The notes beneath the pieces were generated by a model that was given only the letters and a program-made list of their open reading frames with translations, did not search any database and had not been told where the DNA came from. The position numbers and the translations under genes are program-made. Positions 1-7,923 of a DNA stretch of 64,000 bases are shown piece after piece; the stretch's first letter is position 1; each line of letters begins with the position of its first letter. This DNA comes from an uncultured Thermotogae bacterium (GTDB taxonomy: Bacteria > Bipolaricaulota > Bipolaricaulia > RBG-16-55-9 > JAJCYT01), in the NCBI GenBank assembly GCA_964572855.1, contig CAZNGF010000002.1:30551-94550 (forward strand), written 5' to 3'.

Positions 1-969
1 TTCTCCTTCGTCCTGGCCCAGACGGGCGTAAACACGGGTTCGATCACAGGGGAGCTGCACGCCACCGTGATCGCCACGGCCGTGGTCACCATGGTGTTCA
101 CCCCGTTCAGCGCCCAATTGGCCGAGCCGCTCTATCGCCTGTGCAAGCGCTGGTTCCCGACGCCCGTGGTCCACACCGTCAACCGGCCGACCGAGCCGCT
201 GCGCGACCACGTCGTGATCGCCGGCATGGGTCGCGTGGGCGGCTACGTGGCGCGCGTGCTGAAGCAACTGAACGAGCCGTTCGTCGCCATCGAGCTTGAC
301 CAGCACCGCATCGACCAGCAGGCATCCCAAGAGTTCCCCGTGATCGTGGGCGACGCCAGCCAGCCCGTCATCCTTGAGGCCGCGGGGATCGAGGACGCGC
401 AGTTGCTGGTGGTCACGGTCCCCAATCCGCAAGCCGCGCAGGCCATCGTCGAGCACGTGCGGGGCGTGCGACCGGACCTCCACATCGTCACGCGGGCCAG
501 CGGGCTGGAGCAGATGAGGGGGTTTCACGAGCTCGGGGTCTACGAGGTCGTCCAGCCCGAGTTCGAGGCCGGTCTGGAGATCACGCGCCAGGCGCTCGTC
601 CACCTCGACGTCTCGCCCGGCGAAATCCAGCGCTTCACCGACGCTGTGCGCCACGAGCTCTACGCGCCGCTCTATCAGCTCCACGATGACTACCACACGC
701 TCAGCCTGCTGCGCCACGCGCACCGCCAGCTTGAGCTCGACTGGGTCGCGCTGGCCGAGGACAGCGCGCTGGTGGGCCACACGCTGGGGGAGTGCCACAT
801 CCGGGCCAAGACCGGCGTCTCGGTGGTGGCCGTGCTGCGCGGGGAAATGGCCCACGCCAACCCGGATTCGGACTTCGGCTTACAGGCCGGCGACCGGCTG
901 GGATTGCTCGGCAGCCCCGGGCAGATCAAGCGGTTTGTGCGCTGGGAACGGGCCGGGTGCGTCGACTAG
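1..969 (+). CDS. Partial gene, 3' part: the C-terminal region of a CPA2/Kef-type monovalent cation:proton antiporter with TrkA-N (NAD-binding) and TrkA-C domains.
   Basis: The reading frame is open from base 1 (FSFVLAQTGVNTG…), which is the last transmembrane segment of the membrane domain. It is followed by a GMGRVGGYVARVL Rossmann motif (TrkA-N) and a C-terminal TrkA-C-like region. The stop codon is at 967-969. Confidence 0.7.
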   Translation, partial: FSFVLAQTGVNTGSITGELHATVIATAVVTMVFTPFSAQLAEPLYRLCKRWFPTPVVHTVNRPTEPLRDHVVIAGMGRVGGYVARVLKQLNEPFVAIELDQHRIDQQASQEFPVIVGDASQPVILEAAGIEDAQLLVVTVPNPQAAQAIVEHVRGVRPDLHIVTRASGLEQMRGFHELGVYEVVQPEFEAGLEITRQALVHLDVSPGEIQRFTDAVRHELYAPLYQLHDDYHTLSLLRHAHRQLELDWVALAEDSALVGHTLGECHIRAKTGVSVVAVLRGEMAHANPDSDFGLQAGDRLGLLGSPGQIKRFVRWERAGCVD

Positions 970-972
970 GGG

Positions 973-1330
973 TGGTGGAGGTGGCGGGAATCGAACCCGC
1001 GTCCGAAAACGTATCCGCTCGGCATCTACAGGCTTAGCTCCGCGTTTTGGCCTGAGACCGCTCGCTCCCACGGAGCGGGATCAAGCGGTCCGGTCCTCCT
1101 GAAAGTCCCGGCGGCGCCGGAGGCAAGCGACGCCGGCAAGCACCTGTTGTCTATGTCCGTCGGTTCCCTAGGTGCAGCGGGTTCCGGGGACAGCCCTTCC
1201 TTAGTTCAGGGAAGGAGCGGCAAACGCTAGTTCGTTGCCAGTTATTGGTGTGATTGCCGGATTAAGGAGCGGACAATCGCGCTCCGCCTGCAGCCTCGGT
1301 TCAACGTTCCCGTCGAAGCCGTTCACCCCC
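973..1330 (-). ncRNA. ssrA: Transfer-messenger RNA (tmRNA, ssrA).
   Basis: On the minus strand the 5' end reads GGGGGTGAACGGCTTCGACGGGAACG…, the canonical tmRNA 5' end. The 3' end reads …GGACGCGGGTTCGATTCCCGCCACCTCCACCA, a tRNA-Ala-like T-arm and acceptor with encoded CCA. An internal tag reading frame, …GGC AAC GAA CTA GCG TTT GCC GCT … TAA, begins after the region that would correspond to the first pseudoknot. Length is ~358 nt. Confidence 0.8.
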
Positions 1331-1435
1331 ATGTCAATGACCGTTACGCTCCTATTTTAGCCGAACACGGCCCATTTCTCAACGGCAACGGGCGCACGTT
1401 GCCCTCGCCGTCCGCCACCCCTTACACTGCGGGCG

Positions 1436-2839
1436 ATGCGCATCCTCCGGACGCTCTACACGTGGCGCTGGCTCCTGCTGGGCTTCGGCCTCGGCGCGCT
1501 GCTGGTCGCGCTCCCGACGCCCGAGGGCCTGAGCGTGGCAGGGCAGCGCACGCTGGCCATGGCCGTGGTGGCCACGCTCTTTTTCATCACCGAGCCGGTC
1601 CCGCTGCCGGCGGTCGCGCTTCTAATCGCCGTGTTTCAGGTTCTGTTGGGCCTCGGCAGCGGCAACGAGGTGGCCCGCTCCTTCATGAGCGACTCGGTCT
1701 TCTTCATCATGGGCTCGCTCATGATCTCGGTCGCGCTCGTGAAGCAGAAGCTCGACCGGCGCATCGCCTACGGCATCATGCGCGCCACCGGGCCCGACGT
1801 GCTGCGCATCCTGTTCGGGTTCACGGCCGTCTCTGCCCTGCTGTCCTCGCTCATCGGCGAGCACACCGTCGCCGCCATGATGCTCCCGGTCGCCCTGGCC
1901 ATCCTGGGCCACGTGCGCCACGAGACCCCGGACGTGCGCGGGTTGGCCGCCGTGTTGCTGTTCGCGATCGCCTACGGCACGGCCATCGCCGGCATCGGAA
2001 CCCCGTCGGGCGGCGCGCGCAACGCCATCATGATCGACTACTGGCGCCAGCTCGCCGACGTCGAGGTGAGCTACCTGCAGTGGATGGCCTACGCCTACCC
2101 GCTGGTCGTCGTCCAGATCCCGCTGCTCATCGGCGTGCTCTGGTGGACTTTCAAGCCCGAGGTGCGCGACATCCGCCGGGCGCTCGTGCGCCTGCGCCGA
2201 GAGGTCCATTCCGAGGGCGGCCTCAATCGCCAGGATAAGGCCGTCATCGCGGTCTTCCTGCTCACCATGCTCGGCTGGGTCACGATGAGCGAGTCGCTCG
2301 GTTTGGGGATCGTCGCGCTCAGCGGGGCGACGCTCTACCTGCTGTTCGGGCTCGTGCGCTGGGAGGACCTCAACGGGGGTGTCAACTGGGGCGTCGTCTG
2401 GCTCTACGCGGCCGCCATCTCGCTCGGCGTCCAGATGAAGAACTCCGGCGCGGCGCAGTGGGTGGCGGAGAACTTCCTGGCGCTGCTGGCGACCGTCAAC
2501 ATGGACAGCGGATTCCCCCTGCTCATGGCCCTCAGCGTGCTGGCCGTGCTCGTGACGCACACCATGAGCGCCGGCGCGGCCGTGGCCGTGCTCGGTCCCG
2601 TCACGCTGCAGATCGCCTCGCTCTCGGGTGACAGCTTGCTGTTGGCGGGCTTTGCCACGGCCATCGGCTCGGCGTTTGCCTACATGGTGGTGGCCAGCCA
2701 TCCCTCGCCCGCCATCATCTACTCCAGCGGTTACCTGAAGACGCGCGACTTCCTGCGGGTCGGTGCGCGCATGGCCGTCGTCTCGTTGCTCGTGCTCTGG
2801 CTGGCCATGGCGGTATATTGGCCTTTGCTGGGAACCTGA
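1436..2839 (+). CDS. DASS/SLC13-family anion:Na+ symporter (CitT/ArsB-like permease superfamily).
   Basis: 467 aa, polytopic membrane protein. The repeated architecture and motifs are typical of divalent anion:sodium symporters, e.g. PSGGARNAIM and a 'SNT'-like segment MSAGAAVAVL. A large antisense ORF at 1622..2701 is rejected. Confidence 0.75.
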   Translation: MRILRTLYTWRWLLLGFGLGALLVALPTPEGLSVAGQRTLAMAVVATLFFITEPVPLPAVALLIAVFQVLLGLGSGNEVARSFMSDSVFFIMGSLMISVALVKQKLDRRIAYGIMRATGPDVLRILFGFTAVSALLSSLIGEHTVAAMMLPVALAILGHVRHETPDVRGLAAVLLFAIAYGTAIAGIGTPSGGARNAIMIDYWRQLADVEVSYLQWMAYAYPLVVVQIPLLIGVLWWTFKPEVRDIRRALVRLRREVHSEGGLNRQDKAVIAVFLLTMLGWVTMSESLGLGIVALSGATLYLLFGLVRWEDLNGGVNWGVVWLYAAAISLGVQMKNSGAAQWVAENFLALLATVNMDSGFPLLMALSVLAVLVTHTMSAGAAVAVLGPVTLQIASLSGDSLLLAGFATAIGSAFAYMVVASHPSPAIIYSSGYLKTRDFLRVGARMAVVSLLVLWLAMAVYWPLLGT

Positions 2840-2840
2840 G

Positions 2841-3797
2841 GTGGTTGAAACCGTGTTCCGAAAAACCGTGATCCCGATCGCCTACCTGCCGACCTCGGCC
2901 GCGACCTTGCGCTGGGGGGCACGGCTCACGCGTCGCCTCGGCAGCGACCTTACCGTGCTCTACACCGCGCAGGCCGCCCAGCAGGGCCCGCTGCACGCCA
3001 GCCTGGCGGCCGAGAAGATGTCCGAATGGGGGGTCGAACCGCCCAGCTTCGGTATCCTGCGCGAGGCCGAGGACGTGCTCAAGGCCGAGGGCGCGCTCAT
3101 GCTGGACGCCCGGGGACGGGTGGTGGAACGGCACGCCTTCAAGGCCGTCGACCGCGGCCTCTACGAGGTGCACGCGCGCGGCCCGCAAGGCGAAAACGTG
3201 CGCTTCCGGCTGCGGGAGGGTGCGGTCGTGAGCCAGATCCTGCAGGAAGTTGAGGACCCGTCCTACGACCTCATCTGCGTGGGCACCCGCGGCCGGCGCG
3301 GCTTCCGGCGCCACCTGCTGGGGAGCATCGCGCAGGACGTGGCCATGCACGCGCCGTGCTCGGTGCTGGTCGCCAAACACCTGGACCAAATCGAGCGGGT
3401 GCTCGTCGGCGTGACCGGCCGTGAGAGCTCGCGCGAGGCGTTGCGCCAGGCCGCCCAGCTGAGCCGCGCGCTCGAGCTCCCGCTCGAGCTCATCGCCATC
3501 TTCCCGAGCCCGGAACAGCGCGACGCCGCGGAGCAGAACCTCGCGGCGGGCATAGCGCTGGCCCGCGAGCTGGGCGTCGCTGCCACGCCGCGTCTCGAGC
3601 GCGGCGACCCCGCCCGGGTGCTGATCCACACCGCACTCGAGGGCACGCTGCTCGCGCTGGGGCGCACGCCGCTCTCGATGGTGCAAAAGTTCTTCCTCGG
3701 CGACACCTCGATCAAAGTTCTGGATCAAGGCCGGTGCTCGGTTCTCATTGCCGTCCCCCCCCGCCAGCCCGTGGAGGAAGACCGAACCGACGATTGA
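2841..3797 (+). CDS. Universal stress protein, tandem UspA domains.
   Basis: Two Usp-like halves are present. Each ends in the characteristic G(T/S)RGRRG…LGS(I/V)A…V…HAPC(S/P)VL(V/I) ATP-binding motif: LICVGTRGRRGFRRHLLGSIAQDVAMHAPCSVLVAKH, and a second, more degenerate C-terminal half LLALGRTPLSMVQKFFLGDTSIKVLDQGRCSVLIAV. The GTG start at 2841 is chosen because it lies just after the transporter stop at 2837-2839; the track ORF (from 2763) overlaps that gene. Confidence 0.65.
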   Translation: MVETVFRKTVIPIAYLPTSAATLRWGARLTRRLGSDLTVLYTAQAAQQGPLHASLAAEKMSEWGVEPPSFGILREAEDVLKAEGALMLDARGRVVERHAFKAVDRGLYEVHARGPQGENVRFRLREGAVVSQILQEVEDPSYDLICVGTRGRRGFRRHLLGSIAQDVAMHAPCSVLVAKHLDQIERVLVGVTGRESSREALRQAAQLSRALELPLELIAIFPSPEQRDAAEQNLAAGIALARELGVAATPRLERGDPARVLIHTALEGTLLALGRTPLSMVQKFFLGDTSIKVLDQGRCSVLIAVPPRQPVEEDRTDD

Positions 3798-3901
3798 GAC
3801 CCTTCGGCCCCGGCCGAGATCGGCACATGTCGGCTCGACCCGGGACAGACTTCGGCGCGCCCGCCAGCCCCCGTCCTCGTCCGCGGCGGACCGCTCCCGC
3901 T

Positions 3902-6820
3902 ATGCTGCGTCACCGTGACAAGGGGGGATCGGGAGTCGTGCGCACAAGCGTTTATCGTTTCGCGGGGGTGTCGCTTGCCGCCGTGCTAGTACTGACGGCG
4001 TGGGGGCAGCCTGCCGTTGGCGCCGACGCCCAAGTCTCGCTCGTCGCGCTCAACCGCACGGTGCGGGCCGACCCCGGCGCCTTCGTGACCCTGACCTTCC
4101 AGCTTCGGAACGAGGGCGATGCGGCCGTCGAGGTCCAACTGACCGCCGATATGCCGCCCGGATTGTCGCTCTTGGGTGGGCTCCCCGCGGTCATGCTCGC
4201 GGGCGCCTCGATCGAAAGCCTGTTCGTCACCGTCATCGTGAGCCGGGAAACCGAGGCGGGGCCGGCCATCGTTGCCTTGACTGCACGCATCGCGGGGGGA
4301 ATGGCGCGCGCCGAGGCGACCGTCGACGTCGAGCGCGTGGCCGGCCTTAGCTTGCGCCCTCCCCCGGATGGCTCGGCCGAGCCCGGCCAGTCCATCACGC
4401 TCGAATTCGGCGTAACCAACGACGGCAACGGCCCCGACCGGGTCGCCTTGGACGTGGACGCCCCGGCGGCGGTACAGGTCGCACCGACAAGCGCCTCGCT
4501 TACGCTGCTCGCGGGCGAAACCCGCCGGCTTGCGGTCACGCTGACCGTGCCGGCCGAAACCGACCTGCCGCGGGTTCGCGTCACGCTCGTGGCCAGCTCC
4601 ACCAGTTTCCCGACCGTGAGCGCTCGGGCAACGACCACGCTCGACGTGCTCCCTCCGCTGCCCGAGGCCGTGGGCGGGCGCCTCGTGCTCGAGGTGCCCA
4701 GCACCTTCGCGCTGGGGCCGACCGTCCTCCCCAACCGCGACGTCCCGCTGGTGCTCACGGCCAGTGTGGCGGGCGCGGCCGACTTCGACGACGGGGACCG
4801 CATCGACTATCGCCTCGCGCTCGACAACCTGGCCGTGCGCGACCTGCGTTTCGAACTGCGCCGCGGCGCGGTCGAGACCCGACTGGGTCGGCTCGCTGTG
4901 ACCTGGACCGAACTGATCGATCAAGCCGGAGACGGTGCTCAGCTCACGCTCGAGGGCCTGCCGTTGCAGGGGGCCGTGAGCCTGGCTGCGCTGCTCGACG
5001 GGCTCTGGCCCCGCGTGGGGACCCAACTCGGCGCGGATGTGGTCGGTATGCGACTCCAACTCAGCCAGCTCGCCCGCTTCGACCCCGAAGGGCGGGTCTG
5101 GCTCGGGTCGCTCTCGCTTACGCAATCCGTGGGCGAGGCGATTCGGTTAGGCAGCGAATGGGCACTCAGCCAAGCCGATACCGGGGAACGGGTTTGGGGC
5201 AACGTGATCCGTTTCGACTGGGAGGGGGACGACTTCCGCGTCGACGGCGAGTGGATCCGAACCGACGCGGCTTTCCTCGGCGACCGGCCCGGCCGGCGCG
5301 GGTTCCGGCTCGCCCAAGCGCTCGAGCACGACGATGTGGCCGTGCAGCTCGCCTACAGCCGCGTTCTCGATCAGGGGAACGTCTCAGGGACGGGCGCCCT
5401 GCTCGAAACCGCCTGGCGCTCGTCCCTGCGCTGGACGCCCTCGAGCCCGTGGCCTTCGTGGGTCGCACGCCTGGACTTCGACGGGGCGCACGCCCCCCCC
5501 AACCTGGGACAGTCAAGCCGCCTGCTGGCCAGCCTGGGGATGCGCCAGGAGATCGCTCCCCTCTCCCTCGGTGCCACTGCCAGCCGGCTGTCGTCGGTGG
5601 ACGCCACGGGCGCGCACGACGACTTGACGCTTCGCGCCGAGGCGGCGGTGGACCTGGCGCCGGCCCGTCTACTCCTGCGGGCCGGACAGACGCTTGCCGT
5701 CTCCCCGCTGCACGTCGCCCCGTCCCCCGCCGGCACCGAGCTGCTGGCCGCCCTGCAGCTCACCGGGGCGCTCGGGCGGGGGGCACTCTCCCTCCTGCTG
5801 TTGGGTGACGTGGTCACGGTCGACGCCGTGCTCGACTTACAAACGGGCCCCCTGCGCGCCGCAGCCGAGTTGGAACTCGAGCTCGACGCCGCCGGCCTGC
5901 TGAGCGCCGAGGCGCGCGCGGAACTCTCCGTGGCCTTCAACGCGCCGGTCGCCTTCATCCCGGTGGGCGGTCGGGTGACAGGGGTCGCCTTCGAGGACGC
6001 CAACCAGAACGGCCTCCGCGACTCCGACGAGGCTGGCATCGCCGACCTCGTGTTCCGCGTCGGCGACGCACGCGTCCGCACCGATGCGGAGGGACGCTAC
6101 CGCACGCCGCCGCTCTCCCCCGGGGCCTACGAGATCCGTCTAAACGCGCTCCCGCTCGAACTCGTCGCCGGACCCGTTCCCGGAACAGTCACCGTGAGCG
6201 CGGGGGAAACGAAACGGGCCGACCTGCCGCTCAACCGCGTGGGCGTCGTGCGCGGCGTCGTCTTTGACGACCGCGATCAAGACGGCATTCGGGACGCCGA
6301 CGAAGCCGGGCTGGAAAACGCGGTCGTGGACCTGCGTGGCGCGGGCCGCACCGCCCCCGGACGCACGGATGACCAAGGCCGCTTCAGCTTCAGCGGACTG
6401 GCCCCGGGGTCCTATCGCCTGACCCTCGATGTCTCCGCGCTCCCGCCCCGCAGCGAGCTCACCACCCCCGACACGATCGCGTTCACGCTTTCGCCGGGCC
6501 AAACCGTGGAAGCGGCCTTTGGCGCCTACCAAAGGCCGCGGGCCATCCGTTTCGTCCCGACCGCCACCTTCACCGTCTCTCCCGAGCTCCCGCAAGCGGG
6601 GGAACCCGTTACCTTTAACGGAAGCAACTCCTTCGATCCCGACGGGCGCGTCGTCGGCCACGCGTGGGATCTGGATGGAGACGGTCAAGCCGACGCGGAA
6701 GGCGCAACGGTCACGCGGACCTATGACCTGCCAGGCACCGTCCGCGTGACGCTCACCGTCCGCGACGACCAGGGGAACACGGACAGCTTAAGCCAAGACG
6801 TCGTGATCGCCGCGCCCTAG
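3902..6820 (+). CDS. Large secreted surface/adhesin-like protein carrying CARDB-like, Cna-B/SdrD-B-type (carboxypeptidase-regulatory-like) and C-terminal PKD domains.
   Basis: A signal peptide (…VYRFAGVSLAAVLVLTAWGQPAVGADA) is followed by repeated ~100-aa beta-sandwich modules with NDG/NEG motifs (CARDB-like). Two tandem repeats are of SdrD-B / Cna-B type: GRVTGVAFEDANQNGLRDSDEAGIADLVFRV…DAEGRYR and GVVRGVVFDDRDQDGIRDADEAGLENAVVDL…DDQGRFSF. The C-terminus (FNGSNSFDPDGRVVGHAWDLDGDGQ…VTLTVRDDQGNTD) is PKD-like. The start could be ATG 3902 or GTG 3938; the track start at 3734 runs through an R/P-rich, non-protein-like N-terminus. Confidence 0.7.
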   Translation: MLRHRDKGGSGVVRTSVYRFAGVSLAAVLVLTAWGQPAVGADAQVSLVALNRTVRADPGAFVTLTFQLRNEGDAAVEVQLTADMPPGLSLLGGLPAVMLAGASIESLFVTVIVSRETEAGPAIVALTARIAGGMARAEATVDVERVAGLSLRPPPDGSAEPGQSITLEFGVTNDGNGPDRVALDVDAPAAVQVAPTSASLTLLAGETRRLAVTLTVPAETDLPRVRVTLVASSTSFPTVSARATTTLDVLPPLPEAVGGRLVLEVPSTFALGPTVLPNRDVPLVLTASVAGAADFDDGDRIDYRLALDNLAVRDLRFELRRGAVETRLGRLAVTWTELIDQAGDGAQLTLEGLPLQGAVSLAALLDGLWPRVGTQLGADVVGMRLQLSQLARFDPEGRVWLGSLSLTQSVGEAIRLGSEWALSQADTGERVWGNVIRFDWEGDDFRVDGEWIRTDAAFLGDRPGRRGFRLAQALEHDDVAVQLAYSRVLDQGNVSGTGALLETAWRSSLRWTPSSPWPSWVARLDFDGAHAPPNLGQSSRLLASLGMRQEIAPLSLGATASRLSSVDATGAHDDLTLRAEAAVDLAPARLLLRAGQTLAVSPLHVAPSPAGTELLAALQLTGALGRGALSLLLLGDVVTVDAVLDLQTGPLRAAAELELELDAAGLLSAEARAELSVAFNAPVAFIPVGGRVTGVAFEDANQNGLRDSDEAGIADLVFRVGDARVRTDAEGRYRTPPLSPGAYEIRLNALPLELVAGPVPGTVTVSAGETKRADLPLNRVGVVRGVVFDDRDQDGIRDADEAGLENAVVDLRGAGRTAPGRTDDQGRFSFSGLAPGSYRLTLDVSALPPRSELTTPDTIAFTLSPGQTVEAAFGAYQRPRAIRFVPTATFTVSPELPQAGEPVTFNGSNSFDPDGRVVGHAWDLDGDGQADAEGATVTRTYDLPGTVRVTLTVRDDQGNTDSLSQDVVIAAP

Positions 6821-6848
6821 CTGCTTCCATCCCATCGCGCATATATGC

Positions 6849-6876
6849 GTCTAGAATGGTTGCCATTAGGTATACT
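6849..6876 (+). promoter_or_regulatory. Copy 1 of a promoter-like motif GTCTA-N15-GGTATACT, resembling a sigma-B-type -35/-10 pair.
   Basis: GTCTA at 6849-6853 and GGTATACT at 6869-6876. The same bipartite motif recurs at 8700-8728 and 9075-9102. It is followed by a strong SD (AAAGGAGGTG) and an ATG at 6905. Confidence 0.3.
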
Positions 6877-7121
6877 TGGAAAACGTTGAAAGGAGGTGTG
6901 ACCCATGCAGCGCCGCGTCGGACGCACGCAATCGCAGCGCGAGACAGCCCAAACGGCCCGTCTCCGTCGTGAGGTGTCCGTCGCGCGCAGCGGTGTCACG
7001 CCACCACAACCGCAAGAAACCTTGCACGTGGTCGCTAAGCGCCAGTTGGGGCTCATCGATCCGATGAGCGTGGTCTTATGTGGTTACGCGGGTCAAACCG
7101 ATCGTTTCTTCATGGAAGCAT

Positions 7122-7180
7122 CTACAAGGGCAAACCAAGCGAAAGCCTGGGGCGCAAAGCTACGGCCTTCTAGGTCCGCA
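7122..7180 (+). promoter_or_regulatory. Possible degenerate or partial upstream c-di-GMP-I (GEMM)-like aptamer, i.e. the 5' half of a tandem arrangement.
   Basis: The sequence aagGGCAAACCaagcGAAAGcctggGGCGCAAAGCtacgg closely matches the GEMM 5' half: GGCAAACC, then a P2 hairpin with a GAAA tetraloop, then GACGCAAAGCC. No convincing 3' half (ACAGCCGGG…ACCG) follows before the next aptamer begins. Confidence 0.3.
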
Positions 7181-7252
7181 CGAACAAGGCAAACCCGCCG
7201 CGAGGCGGCGACGCAAAGCCACGGGTCTCTTGCAGACAGCCGGGCTACCGTA
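7178..7252 (+). promoter_or_regulatory. c-di-GMP-I (GEMM) riboswitch-like aptamer in the 5' leader of the downstream secreted pilin-like gene.
   Basis: The sequence acaaGGCAAACCcgccGCGAggcgGCGACGCAAAGCCacgggtctcttgcagACAGCCGGGCTACCG carries the hallmark GEMM-I blocks. These are GGCAAACC, a P2 hairpin with a GNRA tetraloop, GACGCAAAGCC, and a P3 with a conserved 3' ACAGCCGGG(Y)UACCG. A near-identical arrangement is found at 9150-9222. Downstream, CCTAATG…CATTAGGAGG could form a hairpin that sequesters the RBS. Confidence 0.55.
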
Positions 7253-7307
7253 GCGTACCTAATGGTGGCAGAGCCGCTAGATGCGACATCATTAGGAGGT
7301 GCTTTTT

Positions 7308-7745
7308 ATGAAGAAAGTAAGCATGTTGTTTGCGACGTTTGCGGTGTTGGGCATGGTGACAATGGCCGTTTGGGCCGGCAACAGCGACAAGGCGCAGGTT
7401 GGCTTCTCGTTGGAGCAGTACTTTTCACTGGAAGTCAAAAACGGCGCCAACGTCGAGTTCGGCACGCTGGACGCCCTGGCCGGGCCGTTCGAGAAGAAAA
7501 ACGGTTCCGCGCTCAAGGTCGACAGCAACACGAGCTGGAGCATCAGCACCAGCAAAGCGGTGCTGACGAGCCCCAACGGCGCCAACGCCGACACCGTACT
7601 CAACGCCCTGGCCGTCTCGCTCGAAACCGAGAGCGGGATAGGCAAAGACGCGGACATCAAGGTGGATTACGCCTTGGACAACCTCGAGGACCTGCCCACG
7701 GGTGACTATGTCGTCGAGGTGACGTTTACGGGTAGCACCAAGTAA
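7308..7745 (+). CDS. Small secreted protein (145 aa), paralog of the 9233..9748 product. Putative donor-strand pilin-like subunit (SCPU/CsuA/B-like).
   Basis: RBS AGGAGGTG precedes ATG 7308, and the signal peptide is MKKVSMLFATFAVLGMVTMAVWA. The mature N-terminus has an alternating-hydrophobic strand (QVGFSLEQYFSLEV). The C-terminus, …KVDYALDNLEDLPTGDYVVEVTFTGSTK, resembles the G-x-Y-x-D-T-L-x-V-T-V-x-F ending of SCPU/Csu pilins. It is clearly homologous to the second paralog (SNTSWSIS…/SNAPWVVN…; VDYALD…GDYVVEV / VDYRVR…GDYALDL). Confidence 0.6.
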   Translation: MKKVSMLFATFAVLGMVTMAVWAGNSDKAQVGFSLEQYFSLEVKNGANVEFGTLDALAGPFEKKNGSALKVDSNTSWSISTSKAVLTSPNGANADTVLNALAVSLETESGIGKDADIKVDYALDNLEDLPTGDYVVEVTFTGSTK

Positions 7746-7789
7746 CCCACATAAGGCTGCCACATAGGACCACTGCTGCAAGCAAGCAC

Positions 7790-7819
7790 GCGGGGGCGGG
7801 TCAAGCGACCTGCCCCCGC
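7790..7819 (+). terminator. GC-rich hairpin, candidate intrinsic terminator after the pilin-like gene.
   Basis: GCGGGGGCGGGTC-aagc-GACCTGCCCCCGC forms a 13-bp stem with one G·U pair. It lies 45 nt after the stop at 7745. The 3' U-tract is weak (ctcattg). Confidence 0.4.
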
Positions 7820-7923
7820 CTCATTGTCCCCGACCGCCCAAGGTCATCGTCGTTACAGGGGGGCCTGCGTGGGTACGCTAGAATTGGGTACAATCTCCGT
7901 ATCCACCCCGCTCCCGGAGGCTT

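Noticed and set aside
1622-2701. 359-aa minus-strand ORF antisense to the DASS transporter gene.
   Set aside because: The composition is R/G/D/H/E-rich and low-complexity, typical of antisense frames in high-GC DNA. The sense frame encodes a clear transporter.
2715-3728. 337-aa minus-strand ORF antisense to the UspA gene.
   Set aside because: Arg/Ala-rich with no domain. The plus-strand frame gives canonical Usp motifs.
3986-5125. 379-aa and 283-aa minus-strand ORFs inside the large surface-protein gene.
   Set aside because: GC-bias artefacts: G/R/A/P-rich with no start context. The plus-strand frame has coherent repeated beta-sandwich domains.
6905-7705. 266-aa plus-strand ORF beginning at a strong SD and spanning the riboswitch and pilin gene.
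   Set aside because: It reads through a structured RNA and another well-supported gene in a different frame. The product is R/Q-rich with no fold. It is kept only as a possible short uORF in the findings.
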